Shown: positions 1 through 8,124 of the stretch, one piece after another
How positions within the stretch are numbered: the first letter of the stretch is position 1
Layout of the letters: each line of letters opens with the position of its first letter
Assembly: GCA_043804895.1 (NCBI GenBank)
Contig: JAZDIN010000019.1
Location: 1-15,887, forward strand
Reading direction: 5' to 3'
Length of the DNA: 15,887 nt
Source of the DNA: Candidatus Altiarchaeota archaeon
GTDB taxonomy: Archaea; Altiarchaeota; Altiarchaeia; IMC4; SCGC-AAA252-I15
Translations under genes and position numbers: made by a program
Notes under the pieces: model-generated
Databases searched by the model: none
Told to the model about the DNA's origin: nothing
What the model saw: only the letters and a program-made list of their open reading frames with translations

Positions 1-480
1 TGTGATGTATTCGTCTGATACGAGTTTTTTTCCTTTTTCCATTATTGGGGCGTCTATTCTCTCAGTGCTGAGGACCTCAATCAGTATCCGTTCCTCCTTG
101 AGTGATTGTATCCCTGACCTTTTGAAGCCCGACTCCCTTGCAACGTGCAGGAACTCATGGGCCTTCTCCGGCGTCCTGGCCATTATGTGTAGTATGGGGC
201 ATTCGTACCTGAACCATACTGTGCCCTTGGAGGTTTTGAGGGCTGCGTGAACCTCTTTTGGTGTGACTTTCCTGTGCCATTTTTCTTGGAATTTGTCTTT
301 GCCTTTGCCGCCGAGGTCTAGCATGAGGACTATGCGGCCTGCGCAGCTTGAGGTGGTGTAGTAGTCTGGGAGAGTGTTTATCGCGTCCAGGAGGGGTTTA
401 AGTTCGACGTCCATGTCGCCAACCTTCTCGGCGGCCCGTAGGTTGTTTATGGCCTGTTTTTTCTGGTCTTCGAATCCCAT
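1..480 (-). CDS. taw3: tRNA(Phe) wyosine-pathway methyltransferase Taw3/TYW3, 3' end outside the window
   Basis: Manual translation from ATG at 480: MGFEDQKKQAINNL...DVELKPLLDAINTLPDYYTTSSCAGRIV...KWH...PILHIMART...ARESGFKRSGI...IEVLSTERIDAPI. Contains the TYW3 motifs TTSSCxGR and GFxxSG; open to the window edge; absent from the ORF track. Confidence 0.93.
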   Translation of the reverse strand, partial: MGFEDQKKQAINNLRAAEKVGDMDVELKPLLDAINTLPDYYTTSSCAGRIVLMLDLGGKGKDKFQEKWHRKVTPKEVHAALKTSKGTVWFRYECPILHIMARTPEKAHEFLHVARESGFKRSGIQSLKEERILIEVLSTERIDAPIMEKGKKLVSDEYIT

Positions 481-511
481 GTTATATTATAATGGTTTTC
501 ATATTATTACC
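481..511. promoter_or_regulatory. Overlapping divergent promoters for taw3 and the 512 ORF (probably leaderless)
   Basis: 31-bp AT-rich gap with TTATATTA (482-489, +) and TAATAATA (509-502, -), each about 22-30 nt from the start codon it faces. Confidence 0.55.
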
Positions 512-1390
512 ATGCCTCGTGGGAAGCGTAAGGAGGAGTCGAAAGGCGACAGGACGGGTACGGTAATCCTGGTTCTTGGCTGCCTGGTGGTGCTGGTTTT
601 TGTGCTCGCGTATGCGTTTCCGAAGGCTGCTGTTGACACTACCAAATACGGCGTGAAGGTCGTGTCCGAGATTCCGCTGGAGAATCTCAGAAGGATGGAG
701 TACATCGCCTTATATAATGACACCTCAAGCCCTGCGGAGGTGACTTGCAAGTTCGAGCTTTCAGCAATATCGAAGCCTGACCCGAATGGTTACCGGGTCA
801 GCGTCGGCGAAGGCGATTATGGCATATACGTGAAAAGCAAGGAGGCGTCCATCAAAGGCCGCGATGAAGAGGAGATTCTGACTGCCTGCCATGTGTTCGC
901 CTGCCTGCGTGACGGGATTGAGTGCCCGAATTTCATGGCTCTGGGAAGCTTCATCAAGAGTGCGGATTCTATGAGCGTTATTTTGGACGGCAGCGCCGGC
1001 CAGGCGACAGGGAGAGGATACGCTGAGGTTGTGGGAGTGTTGGGTTATGTGCAAAGCAAGAAGGCTGACCTGGACGGGGACGGCGTTATTAGTCAGAGCG
1101 AAGTTAACGCTAACGAATTTTTCATCTACCCGTTCGTGAAGGATGGGGATTCCTGCCAGGCTATGCCATTGAACAACCTCATACAAAACTGGTCTGGTGA
1201 TAATAGGACGACTGCGTGTTCGAACATCGAGCCCGCCATAATCTTAACGAACTCTAACGAGTCGGCGATACGATTGGATGGACAGCAGGTCATAATATCA
1301 GGAAGCGACGACCAGATACACACCGGCGCAGTGATACTCAGGGACTTCATCGCACCAGATTGGATTAGGAGGATGTACGGCATCAACTGA
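512..1390 (+). CDS. Membrane-anchored extracellular protein with an EF-hand-like Ca-binding loop, function unknown
   Basis: Start moved to ATG 512 (MPRGKRKEE) because the 374 start overlaps taw3. Basic N-terminus, one hydrophobic helix (VILVLGCLVVLVFVLAYAF), several Cys, loop DLDGDGVISQSE; ends 2 nt before fen. Confidence 0.75.
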   Translation: MPRGKRKEESKGDRTGTVILVLGCLVVLVFVLAYAFPKAAVDTTKYGVKVVSEIPLENLRRMEYIALYNDTSSPAEVTCKFELSAISKPDPNGYRVSVGEGDYGIYVKSKEASIKGRDEEEILTACHVFACLRDGIECPNFMALGSFIKSADSMSVILDGSAGQATGRGYAEVVGVLGYVQSKKADLDGDGVISQSEVNANEFFIYPFVKDGDSCQAMPLNNLIQNWSGDNRTTACSNIEPAIILTNSNESAIRLDGQQVIISGSDDQIHTGAVILRDFIAPDWIRRMYGIN

Positions 1391-1392
1391 AG

Positions 1393-2355
1393 ATGGGCGT
1401 TAACCTTAGGGACATCGTCGTCCAGAAGGAGATTAGCTTCAAGGACCTCTCAGGCAAGACCATAGCTGTTGACGCCCTCAACACGATATACCAGTTTCTC
1501 TCATCGATCAGGCAGGCTGATGGGACGCCACTCATGAACTCTCAGGGGGAGGTGACTTCGCACCTTTCCGGCCTCCTTTACAGGACGTCGAATCTGATTA
1601 GGATGGACATTAAGCCGGTTTACGTGTTCGACGGTAAGCCGCCTGACTTGAAGTTTAAGACCCTCCAGGTGCGGGGGGAGAGGAAGAGGGAGGCACAAGA
1701 GGAGTGGGTGAAAGCGAAGGAGGAGGGCAGGCTCGACGACGCACTCAAGTTCGCGAAGAGGACATCAAAGCTCACTGACAAGATGCTCGCAGACAGCAAA
1801 ACCTTACTAACTATGATGGGCGTCCCCCACGTGCAGGCTCCATCTGAGGGGGAAGCCCAGTGCGCTAGGATGGTCCGGGAAGGTAACGCATGGGCTGTCG
1901 GCTCACAAGACTTTGACTGCCTCCTTTTCGGGGCGCCGAAACTTGTTAGGGGGTTGACTTTAAGCGGTAAGATGGAGTTGGGGATTATTGAATTGGATGC
2001 CGTCCTCTCAGACCTTGGCGTCACCAAGGAGCAGCTCATAGACCTTGCGATACTCGTCGGCACTGACTTCAACGAGGGAGTTTATGGGATAGGCCCGAAG
2101 AAGGCATTGAAGGCTGTGAAGGAGGGTAGAGCCAGCGAATTCGACGTCGATTTTGCAGGCGTTAGGGAGGTCTTCCTAAACCCCGAGACGAGCGGAGAGT
2201 ATGATGTGTCCTGGGGTAAGGTAGATGCTGAGGGCATGGTGGAGCTCCTCTACAGGCGAAACGGCTTCAGTGAGGAGAGGGTTAGGAAGGCCGCTTCTGA
2301 GCTTGAGGCTGCGTACAGGGATAACACGCAGCAGAGCCTCTCGAAGTGGTTTTGA
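1393..2355 (+). CDS. fen: Flap endonuclease 1
   Basis: MGVNL start, IAVDALNTIYQFLSSIRQADGTPL, VFDGKPP, APSEGEAQ, SQDFDCLLFG, GTDFN-GVYGIGPKKA (H3TH) and C-terminal PIP box QQSLSKWF. Confidence 0.98.
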   Translation: MGVNLRDIVVQKEISFKDLSGKTIAVDALNTIYQFLSSIRQADGTPLMNSQGEVTSHLSGLLYRTSNLIRMDIKPVYVFDGKPPDLKFKTLQVRGERKREAQEEWVKAKEEGRLDDALKFAKRTSKLTDKMLADSKTLLTMMGVPHVQAPSEGEAQCARMVREGNAWAVGSQDFDCLLFGAPKLVRGLTLSGKMELGIIELDAVLSDLGVTKEQLIDLAILVGTDFNEGVYGIGPKKALKAVKEGRASEFDVDFAGVREVFLNPETSGEYDVSWGKVDAEGMVELLYRRNGFSEERVRKAASELEAAYRDNTQQSLSKWF

Positions 2356-2393
2356 CTGCCGGATTTTTTAAGCTCAGGGAGTATAGTTAACAA

Positions 2394-2930
2394 ATGGTCA
2401 ACGCAAGAGGCTATTCAGGTGTCCTACTCGACGTCATAAAGAGCGAGAGGATGGTGATATTGGGGCCGATAGTCTTCGTTAACTTCTTCGCTGTCGGCTA
2501 CATACTCCACGGGGTCGTGTTCGCGTTCAAGACCCTGGAGCTTTCTCAGATTCTCATCTGTGTCACGTTGAGCATGATACTATTCTTCGGCGAGCTCGTG
2601 ATGCTTCTGATACCGATTAAGGTGTGGGTGGACCATAAGCTTGCCCGCCAGCTTAGGAAGGAGCGCGACATCATAAAATTGAGCTTCGACGAGCAGGATA
2701 GGGAGATATTCAGGAGGATCAAGGTCGAATCAAACAGCATCATACTGCTGCTCACAGGGTTGATTAATTACTTCCTCATGGCGTTGTTCCTTTTCATGTG
2801 GTATTCCAACAACGGCCAGCCGCTGCCGATCAAGGTTGTAGTGAACGCCCTAATCCCGGTCTACGGGTTCTACGTGTTAGTGAACGTGTTGGCTGCAGCA
2901 TACGACATGCTAGCTGCTAAGGAAGCGTGA
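2394..2930 (+). CDS. Hypothetical membrane protein (about 4 TM helices)
   Basis: Four hydrophobic segments separated by a charged loop; TTTTTAAG TATA-like box about 25 nt upstream; host-like codon use; fills the gap between fen and the convergent HPS gene. Confidence 0.7.
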   Translation: MVNARGYSGVLLDVIKSERMVILGPIVFVNFFAVGYILHGVVFAFKTLELSQILICVTLSMILFFGELVMLLIPIKVWVDHKLARQLRKERDIIKLSFDEQDREIFRRIKVESNSIILLLTGLINYFLMALFLFMWYSNNGQPLPIKVVVNALIPVYGFYVLVNVLAAAYDMLAAKEA

Positions 2931-2934
2931 GTTG

Positions 2935-4212
2935 TCAGATTTTCTTCTCCCATCGCAGGAGCTGCCCGACCTTTCCGAGCGAGCTTCCCTCCCTAATCTC
3001 TTTCCTTATCCTGTTCTCTTTCTCAAGGACGTCCTGCGCGCGGTTGCCTATTTCCACGGCTTTCTCGGAGGGTATGACCACGACGCCGTCGCCGTCGCAC
3101 AAGACCCAGTCTCCGGGCTTCACTCCTACGCCGCCTATCTTAATTGGGACGTTAATCTCACCGAACCCCTTAGGCTCCCCTGCTGTTGGCATCGTCAGCT
3201 TGGAATATACCGGCAGCTTCATCATCTTAATCTCATCCGTGTCCCTCACAGCCCCGTCAACGACGACAGCGGCTACACCCTTCTTTAATGCGGATTCTGT
3301 TGCCAGCTCCCCCCAGACTGCTGGGCCGACTCCGCCGGAGGTTATCACGATTATGTCCCCTTTGGCTGCGACGTCAATCGCTTGAACAGGCTTAGCCCAG
3401 TCTCCAGGGTAGGTTCTCACTGTGACTGCCTTTCCTGCTGCTTTGATGCCGACTATCGGCACTATTCCGGGGAGGTCTCCGCTTCGGTGCATCGCATCAG
3501 AGACGTTCGCTGTTGAGACTTTAGAGAGTATTTTCCCGACGTCGGTTCCGCGTCTGTAAAGGTCGGTCTTCACCCTCCGCCCTGAGTCCACGGCCTTCCT
3601 GATGTCAGAGGCGGCTTTCCTGACATTCTCAGCTTTTGTTATCGCTCCGCCTATGATGACGACCTGAGCTCCTGCGTTGATTGCGTCAACCACTGACTCG
3701 GAGTTGAGGCCTCCAGCAACCAGGACTGGTATCTTCACTGCCTTCACTACTTTCCTGACCTTATTGAATGGTGTCTTAGACTCCATCTGCTCGTCTATGG
3801 CTGTGTGTACTGCGACGTAGTCTGCGCCGAGCCCCTCAGCCAGTTTAGCCCGCAAGACGACATCCTCCACCCCGATTAGGTCTACTGTAATCTTCGTCCC
3901 GTAGTTTCTCGCGACTTCGACGCACTCCCTTATCGTCGCCTCAGAAGCCTGGCCGCATACGTCAACCACGTCGGCTCCGGCCTTCGCCGCGGATTCCACC
4001 TCCACCCTCCCCGCGTCCATTGTCTTCATGTCAGCGACTATAACCTTTTTAGGGAACATCTCCCTCAGCCTACGGACGGCATCAAGGCCTTCACTCTTGA
4101 TTAACGGGGTCCCGGCCTCAATCCAGTCTACGCTTTTCTCAGCTTCCTTCGCCACCTTCAGTGCCCTTTCAAGTTCAGTGTAGTCCAAGGCCAACTGTAT
4201 TATCGTCTTCAT
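2935..4212 (-). CDS. hps: 3-hexulose-6-phosphate synthase fused to an RraA/MenG-like (HMG aldolase-like) domain
   Basis: N-terminal HPS barrel motifs QLALD, IEAGTPLIKSEG, ADMKTMDAG, HTAIDEQ, VAGG; C-terminal RraA motifs STANVSDAM, GKAVTV, AVWGEL, DGAVRD, PGDWVLCDGDGVVVIP. Confidence 0.92.
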   Translation of the reverse strand: MKTIIQLALDYTELERALKVAKEAEKSVDWIEAGTPLIKSEGLDAVRRLREMFPKKVIVADMKTMDAGRVEVESAAKAGADVVDVCGQASEATIRECVEVARNYGTKITVDLIGVEDVVLRAKLAEGLGADYVAVHTAIDEQMESKTPFNKVRKVVKAVKIPVLVAGGLNSESVVDAINAGAQVVIIGGAITKAENVRKAASDIRKAVDSGRRVKTDLYRRGTDVGKILSKVSTANVSDAMHRSGDLPGIVPIVGIKAAGKAVTVRTYPGDWAKPVQAIDVAAKGDIIVITSGGVGPAVWGELATESALKKGVAAVVVDGAVRDTDEIKMMKLPVYSKLTMPTAGEPKGFGEINVPIKIGGVGVKPGDWVLCDGDGVVVIPSEKAVEIGNRAQDVLEKENRIRKEIREGSSLGKVGQLLRWEKKI

Positions 4213-4252
4213 CGCAGCTATATTTTATGGGTGCAGGTAATAAATAGGTTCT
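4213..4252. promoter_or_regulatory. Overlapping divergent promoters for hps and the DUF401 gene
   Basis: 40-bp gap with TATTTTAT (4221-4228, +) and TATTTATT (4246-4239, -), each about 25-30 nt from the start codon it faces. Confidence 0.5.
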
Positions 4253-5464
4253 ATGATAGTCATCACCAAACTCGCCTGCGTTTTCATCCTCCTAGTGCTT
4301 CTCATCCGCAAGGGCGTGAACGTCGGTCTGACATTGCTTTTGGGAGCCTTCTTCCTAGGCCTCCTTTTTAGCATGAGCCTAGGCGATATTGCCTTTACTG
4401 CATACGGAGCCTCTGTCGCCCCTCGGACGCTGACTCTCCTTGCGATAGTCCTGCTGATAACACTCCTTGGGAACGTCCTAAAGCACATGGAGAACCTTGG
4501 GAGGATAGCCTCAAGCCTAGAGAACCTCCTACCTGACGTGAGGATTACGTTAGCCGCCATACCTGCGTTCATAGGCCTCCTGCCGATGCCTGGGGGTGCG
4601 ATGGTTTCGGCGCCGATGACAGGGGAGGTCGCGGATAAGGTAGGGTTGGATGCTGAAACAAAGACGGTCGTGAACTACTGGTTCAGGCACATCTGGGAGT
4701 ACTCCTTCCCGCTCTACCCCGGAGTCATACTCAGCGCCAGCATATTCGGCATAACATACGCTGACATCATCCGCACCAACGGCCCAGTGAACGTCGCAGC
4801 CATACTAGCAGGGACATTCCTAGTGCTGGCTGGGATTAAGGGGACGAAGAGCAAAAACAGGGACTACATTAGCAGTCTCAAAACCTTAATATTCTCAGTC
4901 TGGCCTGTCGTTGCCGTAGTCGCAGCGAACCTCCTCTTCGGAGTAGACTTAGTCGTAGCCCTTGTCACAGTCATTACCATCCTCTTCATCCAGAGCCGCT
5001 TCTTCAGCGGATTCCTGAAGACAATCTTCAAAGAGAGCATAAGGTGGCCTCTCATCATCCTCATCCCGAGCATCATGATATTCAAGGCAGTAATCGAGGG
5101 GAGCGGCGCATTCAACGGCCTCCCCGAGTTGTTCGTTGAATCGCACATACCGATTCCCCTCATACTATTCGCCATCCCCTTCACTGTCGGCCTCCTGGTG
5201 GGAGTAACCGAAAGTTTCGTGGGCGTGAGCTTCCCGCTCCTTTCAGCATTCATAGAAGGCAGCGGATTCAACTTCAGCTACTTCATGCTCGCCTACGTCG
5301 GCGGATTCATGGGCGTGATGCTGTCGCCGGTGCACCTGTGCCTCATCCTCTCCCGAGAATACTACGGCAGCGACCTGAGGAAAGTCTACATGAGGATTAT
5401 ACCACTTGCAGCATCAGTGACTGCAGCAACAGCATTACTGTACATATTCGGCTGGCCGCCCTAG
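4253..5464 (+). CDS. DUF401 family multi-pass membrane protein (ion-transporter superfamily-like)
   Basis: Motifs PAFIGLLPMPGGAMVSAP, NYWFRHIWEYSFPLYPG and GVMLSPVHLCLILSREYY; highly hydrophobic, 403 aa. Confidence 0.85.
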   Translation: MIVITKLACVFILLVLLIRKGVNVGLTLLLGAFFLGLLFSMSLGDIAFTAYGASVAPRTLTLLAIVLLITLLGNVLKHMENLGRIASSLENLLPDVRITLAAIPAFIGLLPMPGGAMVSAPMTGEVADKVGLDAETKTVVNYWFRHIWEYSFPLYPGVILSASIFGITYADIIRTNGPVNVAAILAGTFLVLAGIKGTKSKNRDYISSLKTLIFSVWPVVAVVAANLLFGVDLVVALVTVITILFIQSRFFSGFLKTIFKESIRWPLIILIPSIMIFKAVIEGSGAFNGLPELFVESHIPIPLILFAIPFTVGLLVGVTESFVGVSFPLLSAFIEGSGFNFSYFMLAYVGGFMGVMLSPVHLCLILSREYYGSDLRKVYMRIIPLAASVTAATALLYIFGWPP

Positions 5465-5465
5465 T

Positions 5466-6107
5466 CTATCGTCTGTTCTTGTCAACCATGTAGTGTAGGA
5501 CGACATGGTCTCCGTACTGGAGTATCCCGTCAAGCTGCAACTCGATGTTGCGCTCCAGCTTCCCGTCGAAGACACTGACGCTCGTCTGCCCGAGCATGAG
5601 CGGAGCTACCATCACGTACAATTCATCCACGAGGCCGTAGCCGAGCATCCTCATGTTCAACGCCACATCCCCTTCCAGTAGGGTCTTCTGCATCCCGGCG
5701 CGGTGCAGCTCCCAGAGGAGGTCCTCTAGGTTCACGGCATTCTCCCCCACCTCTAAGACTGAAACGTCAGGCTTCACATCCTGTATCGGCTTCAGCCTGA
5801 ACTTGTTGGAGCTCTTGCAGGTGGCTAGAATGACTTTCCTCGCATTCTTCAGCACCCTCGCCTTAGCAGGAGTCTCCAACCCCTTGTCTATTATCACGAC
5901 AGGGGGGAACGTCGTCGAATCCTTGGCAGGGAATTCAGGGTCGTCTTGCGCCACCCGAGCGGCACTCGTCAACACAGCGTCCACGGTGCCCCTCAACTCC
6001 TGCACCCTATAATCCTCGAGCCTGTTGAATAGGAACACCGGATGCTCCACATCCATACGCCCATCCAAACTGGCCTTCGCAGTCAAAATCACATACGGCT
6101 GAGGCAT
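5466..6107 (-). CDS. RibD C-terminal/ArfC (pyrimidine reductase)-like protein with atypical cofactor-binding motifs
   Basis: Start moved to ATG 6107 (MPQPYVIL), with GGTGG SD upstream. Motifs SLDGR, LRGTVDAVL, DDP, VIID, LLEG, GLVDEL, VAPLMLG. Confidence 0.8.
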   Translation of the reverse strand: MPQPYVILTAKASLDGRMDVEHPVFLFNRLEDYRVQELRGTVDAVLTSAARVAQDDPEFPAKDSTTFPPVVIIDKGLETPAKARVLKNARKVILATCKSSNKFRLKPIQDVKPDVSVLEVGENAVNLEDLLWELHRAGMQKTLLEGDVALNMRMLGYGLVDELYVMVAPLMLGQTSVSVFDGKLERNIELQLDGILQYGDHVVLHYMVDKNRR

Positions 6108-6141
6108 AACAAAACCACCTAGGTAAAAGATTATAGGAGTA

Positions 6142-6175
6142 GAATAAAAAGAAGGGATTTCCGACTGAAAACCCC
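6142..6175 (-). terminator. Stem-loop plus U-tract after the Thr-rich lipoprotein gene
   Basis: Minus strand GGGGTTTTC-AGTC-GGAAATCCC (9 bp, two G-U) followed by TTCTTTTTATT. Confidence 0.55.
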
Positions 6176-6213
6176 ACAACCCCGGCTTAAAAGGCCGATA
6201 TAGTAGAGGCCTT

Positions 6214-6939
6214 TTAATCGTTGGCCTTCGGCAAAGTTGTGGTGATAGGGCTGGAAGGCATTGTAGTAGTTGTCACATAGGTTGTCGCAGTCGAATTCTG
6301 GGGTATTGTTGTAGTAGTGTAGGTCGTAGTAGTAACGTTCGCCATTATCGTTGTAGTTGTCGTGTGTAGGGTCGTAGTGGTGGTGATGTTAATTAAGGTT
6401 GTGGTCGTCATCGGCGGGAATGTTGTCGTAGTCACATTCGTGAAATTACCCAAAGTTGTTGTGGTAGGAGGATAGGTCGTAGAGGTAACATTCGTGAAAT
6501 TCCCTAAAGTTGTTGTGGTAGGCGGATAGGTCGTAGAGGTAACATTGGTGAAATTCCCCATAGTCGTTGTGGTAGACGGATAGGTTGTCGTCGTAACATT
6601 CCACGGAGGCATGGTCGTCGTTGTACTGTTCCATGGAGGCATAGTTGTAGTAGTTATGCTAGTATTAGTTACGTTCAAACATTTTACGCCTTGTTTTGGG
6701 CATTTGTCGAGTCCTGGACCAGCTACATATTTGCAGATGTTGTTTACGCATTCAAGGTGTTTGGGTTGTAGGGTAACAGTGGTGTTGGTTGAATTTGTGA
6801 TGTTTATGGGTATGACATAGACAGTAGTCGTAGTAGCATTACCGCCCTTTTTGAATTCCCCTGTTGGTTGTGTCACACACCCAGAGAATATCACCAAAGC
6901 GGCTACCGCCAGAATCAATACGATAAAGTTGTTCTTCAT
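6214..6939 (-). CDS. Thr-rich mucin-like surface lipoprotein/glycoprotein
   Basis: Signal peptide with lipobox FSGC; GGAGG SD at 6953-6949; small 4-Cys module (HLECVNNICKYVAGPGLDKC...KC); long Thr/Pro stalk with about 17 N-x-S/T sequons. Confidence 0.85.
   Translation of the reverse strand: MKNNFIVLILAVAALVIFSGCVTQPTGEFKKGGNATTTTVYVIPINITNSTNTTVTLQPKHLECVNNICKYVAGPGLDKCPKQGVKCLNVTNTSITTTTMPPWNSTTTTMPPWNVTTTTYPSTTTTMGNFTNVTSTTYPPTTTTLGNFTNVTSTTYPPTTTTLGNFTNVTTTTFPPMTTTTLINITTTTTLHTTTTTIMANVTTTTYTTTTIPQNSTATTYVTTTTMPSSPITTTLPKAND
6394..6558 (-). repeat. Three intragenic 54-nt tandem repeats encoding GNFTNVT(S/T)TT(Y/F)PP(M)TTTTL
   Basis: ACATT(C/G)GTGAAATT recurs at 6434, 6488 and 6542 (54-nt period); the differences are mostly synonymous. 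Confidence 0.9.
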
Positions 6940-7037
6940 TTTTTAGGCCCTCCATACGACATACAATGTATATAGTTAAGGGGGGGCGGGAATAAAAGCG
7001 CAGGATACCAGGATTCTCCACTTGGGGTTTCTTACGG

Positions 7038-7079
7038 TTTATATACTAGTGTTCTATATTTTGATACAGGTGTTCTATA
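7038..7079 (+). promoter_or_regulatory. TATA box plus tandem direct-repeat operator of MNT-HEPN pair 1
   Basis: TTTATATA at 7038-7045; ATACTAGTGTTCTATA (7043-7058) and ATACAGGTGTTCTATA (7064-7079), 14/16 identical, 21 bp apart; the second contains the AGGTG SD. Confidence 0.65.
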
Positions 7080-7081
7080 AA

Positions 7082-7639
7082 TTGAAACAGTTGTTCGGTA
7101 ATTTTTCGGTGATTAAGGTATTGGACCATTTCATAGAAAACCCATATCAGGAATACCACCTCCGCGAGATAGCACGTACGCTCAAAATAAGCCCCTCAAC
7201 AGCAAAGGCGGCCCTAAACAGACTTCACAAGAAAAAGCTCGTCGAGAGAAGGGAGGAGAGAAACCACGTATTATATAAGGCTAACATGGGTGATTTGACG
7301 TTCAAGTACATTAAGATAGCCCACAACCTAGCGTGGATTGAGGATATTCACCTTGTTGAGATGGTACTCGAACACGCACCAACAACAACGTCAATAACGC
7401 TGTTCGGCAGCTATGCGACAGGAGAGAATGACATGGAAAGCGATATGGACTTAGTCGTGATATCCGGAAACAAAGCAAAACCCGCATCGGAAGTAAGTGA
7501 AAAAACAGGCAGAGACGTGAATATCCTAGCCTACACTCCAGAGTCATGGGAGAAGGAGTCTAGAAGTAACCGTCCGCTTTACCTGGAGGTTATAACAAAG
7601 GGGATAGTATTATATGGTGAAAGACCGGTGATAGAATGA
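7082..7639 (+). CDS. wHTH-MNT minimal nucleotidyltransferase (putative type VII antitoxin)
   Basis: Likely TTG start at 7082 after an AGGTG SD. N-terminal wHTH (YHLREIARTLKISPSTAKAALNRL); MNT motif LFGSYATGENDMESDMD (GS-x10-DxD). Confidence 0.88.
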   Translation: MKQLFGNFSVIKVLDHFIENPYQEYHLREIARTLKISPSTAKAALNRLHKKKLVERREERNHVLYKANMGDLTFKYIKIAHNLAWIEDIHLVEMVLEHAPTTTSITLFGSYATGENDMESDMDLVVISGNKAKPASEVSEKTGRDVNILAYTPESWEKESRSNRPLYLEVITKGIVLYGERPVIE

Positions 7640-8073
7640 GGCTTGAGGAATGTTACGAACGGCGTCTCCTTAGGAGGGATAAATCAGACCATAAAAAAGC
7701 GGAAAAAGCATTGGAGATGGCCAAGGAGAGGATAACAAGAGCAAGGAGACTGGCAGAAAACGGATTCAACACTGAAGCCTTAGTCGCAGCCTACACATCG
7801 ATGTTCTACTCCAGCAAGGCGCTACTGTACATGGACGGAGTAATTGAGAAAAGCCACACATGCGTCATCGAATACGTTAAAGAGCAGTACGTCAAAAAAG
7901 GCCTTCTGAGCCAGAATCACATGCATTGGATGAACACGTACAGGCTGGAACGGCATGAGGTGATGTACGGCTTAAGCGTGTTTGATGTTACTGAGGGTGA
8001 GATAGGGACAGCATTAACCAAAGCTCATGAGTATCTAGAGGCGGTTAAAAAGATAGTACTACAGAATAAGTAA
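7636..8073 (+). CDS. HEPN domain protein (UPF0332-like, R-x4-Y type)
   Basis: ATGA overlap with the MNT gene; AYTSMFYSSKALL, EKSHTC and RHEVMY motifs. Confidence 0.88.
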   Translation: MRLEECYERRLLRRDKSDHKKAEKALEMAKERITRARRLAENGFNTEALVAAYTSMFYSSKALLYMDGVIEKSHTCVIEYVKEQYVKKGLLSQNHMHWMNTYRLERHEVMYGLSVFDVTEGEIGTALTKAHEYLEAVKKIVLQNK

Positions 8074-8082
8074 AAGATTAAG

Positions 8083-8111
8083 GTTATGCTGGCTTCAGAA
8101 GCCAGCATAAC
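8083..8111. terminator. Perfect inverted repeat between convergent genes, possible bidirectional terminator
   Basis: GTTATGCTGGCTTC-A-GAAGCCAGCATAAC, 14-bp arms, between the HEPN stop (8073) and the DUF4139 stop (8125). Confidence 0.55.
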
Positions 8112-8124
8112 ATTGGATTACTGT

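Noticed and set aside
374-511. N-terminal extension of ORF 374..1390, and ORF 2..250
   Set aside because: Antisense shadow of taw3; ATG 512 is the more plausible start.
6394-6558. CRISPR-like periodic repeats
   Set aside because: No unique spacers; in-frame coding repeats with synonymous variation; no cas genes in the window.
7022-7081. ORF-track starts at 7022, 6179 and 9549
   Set aside because: They overlap TATA, operator or terminator elements; SD and TATA positions favour 7082, 6107 and 9525.
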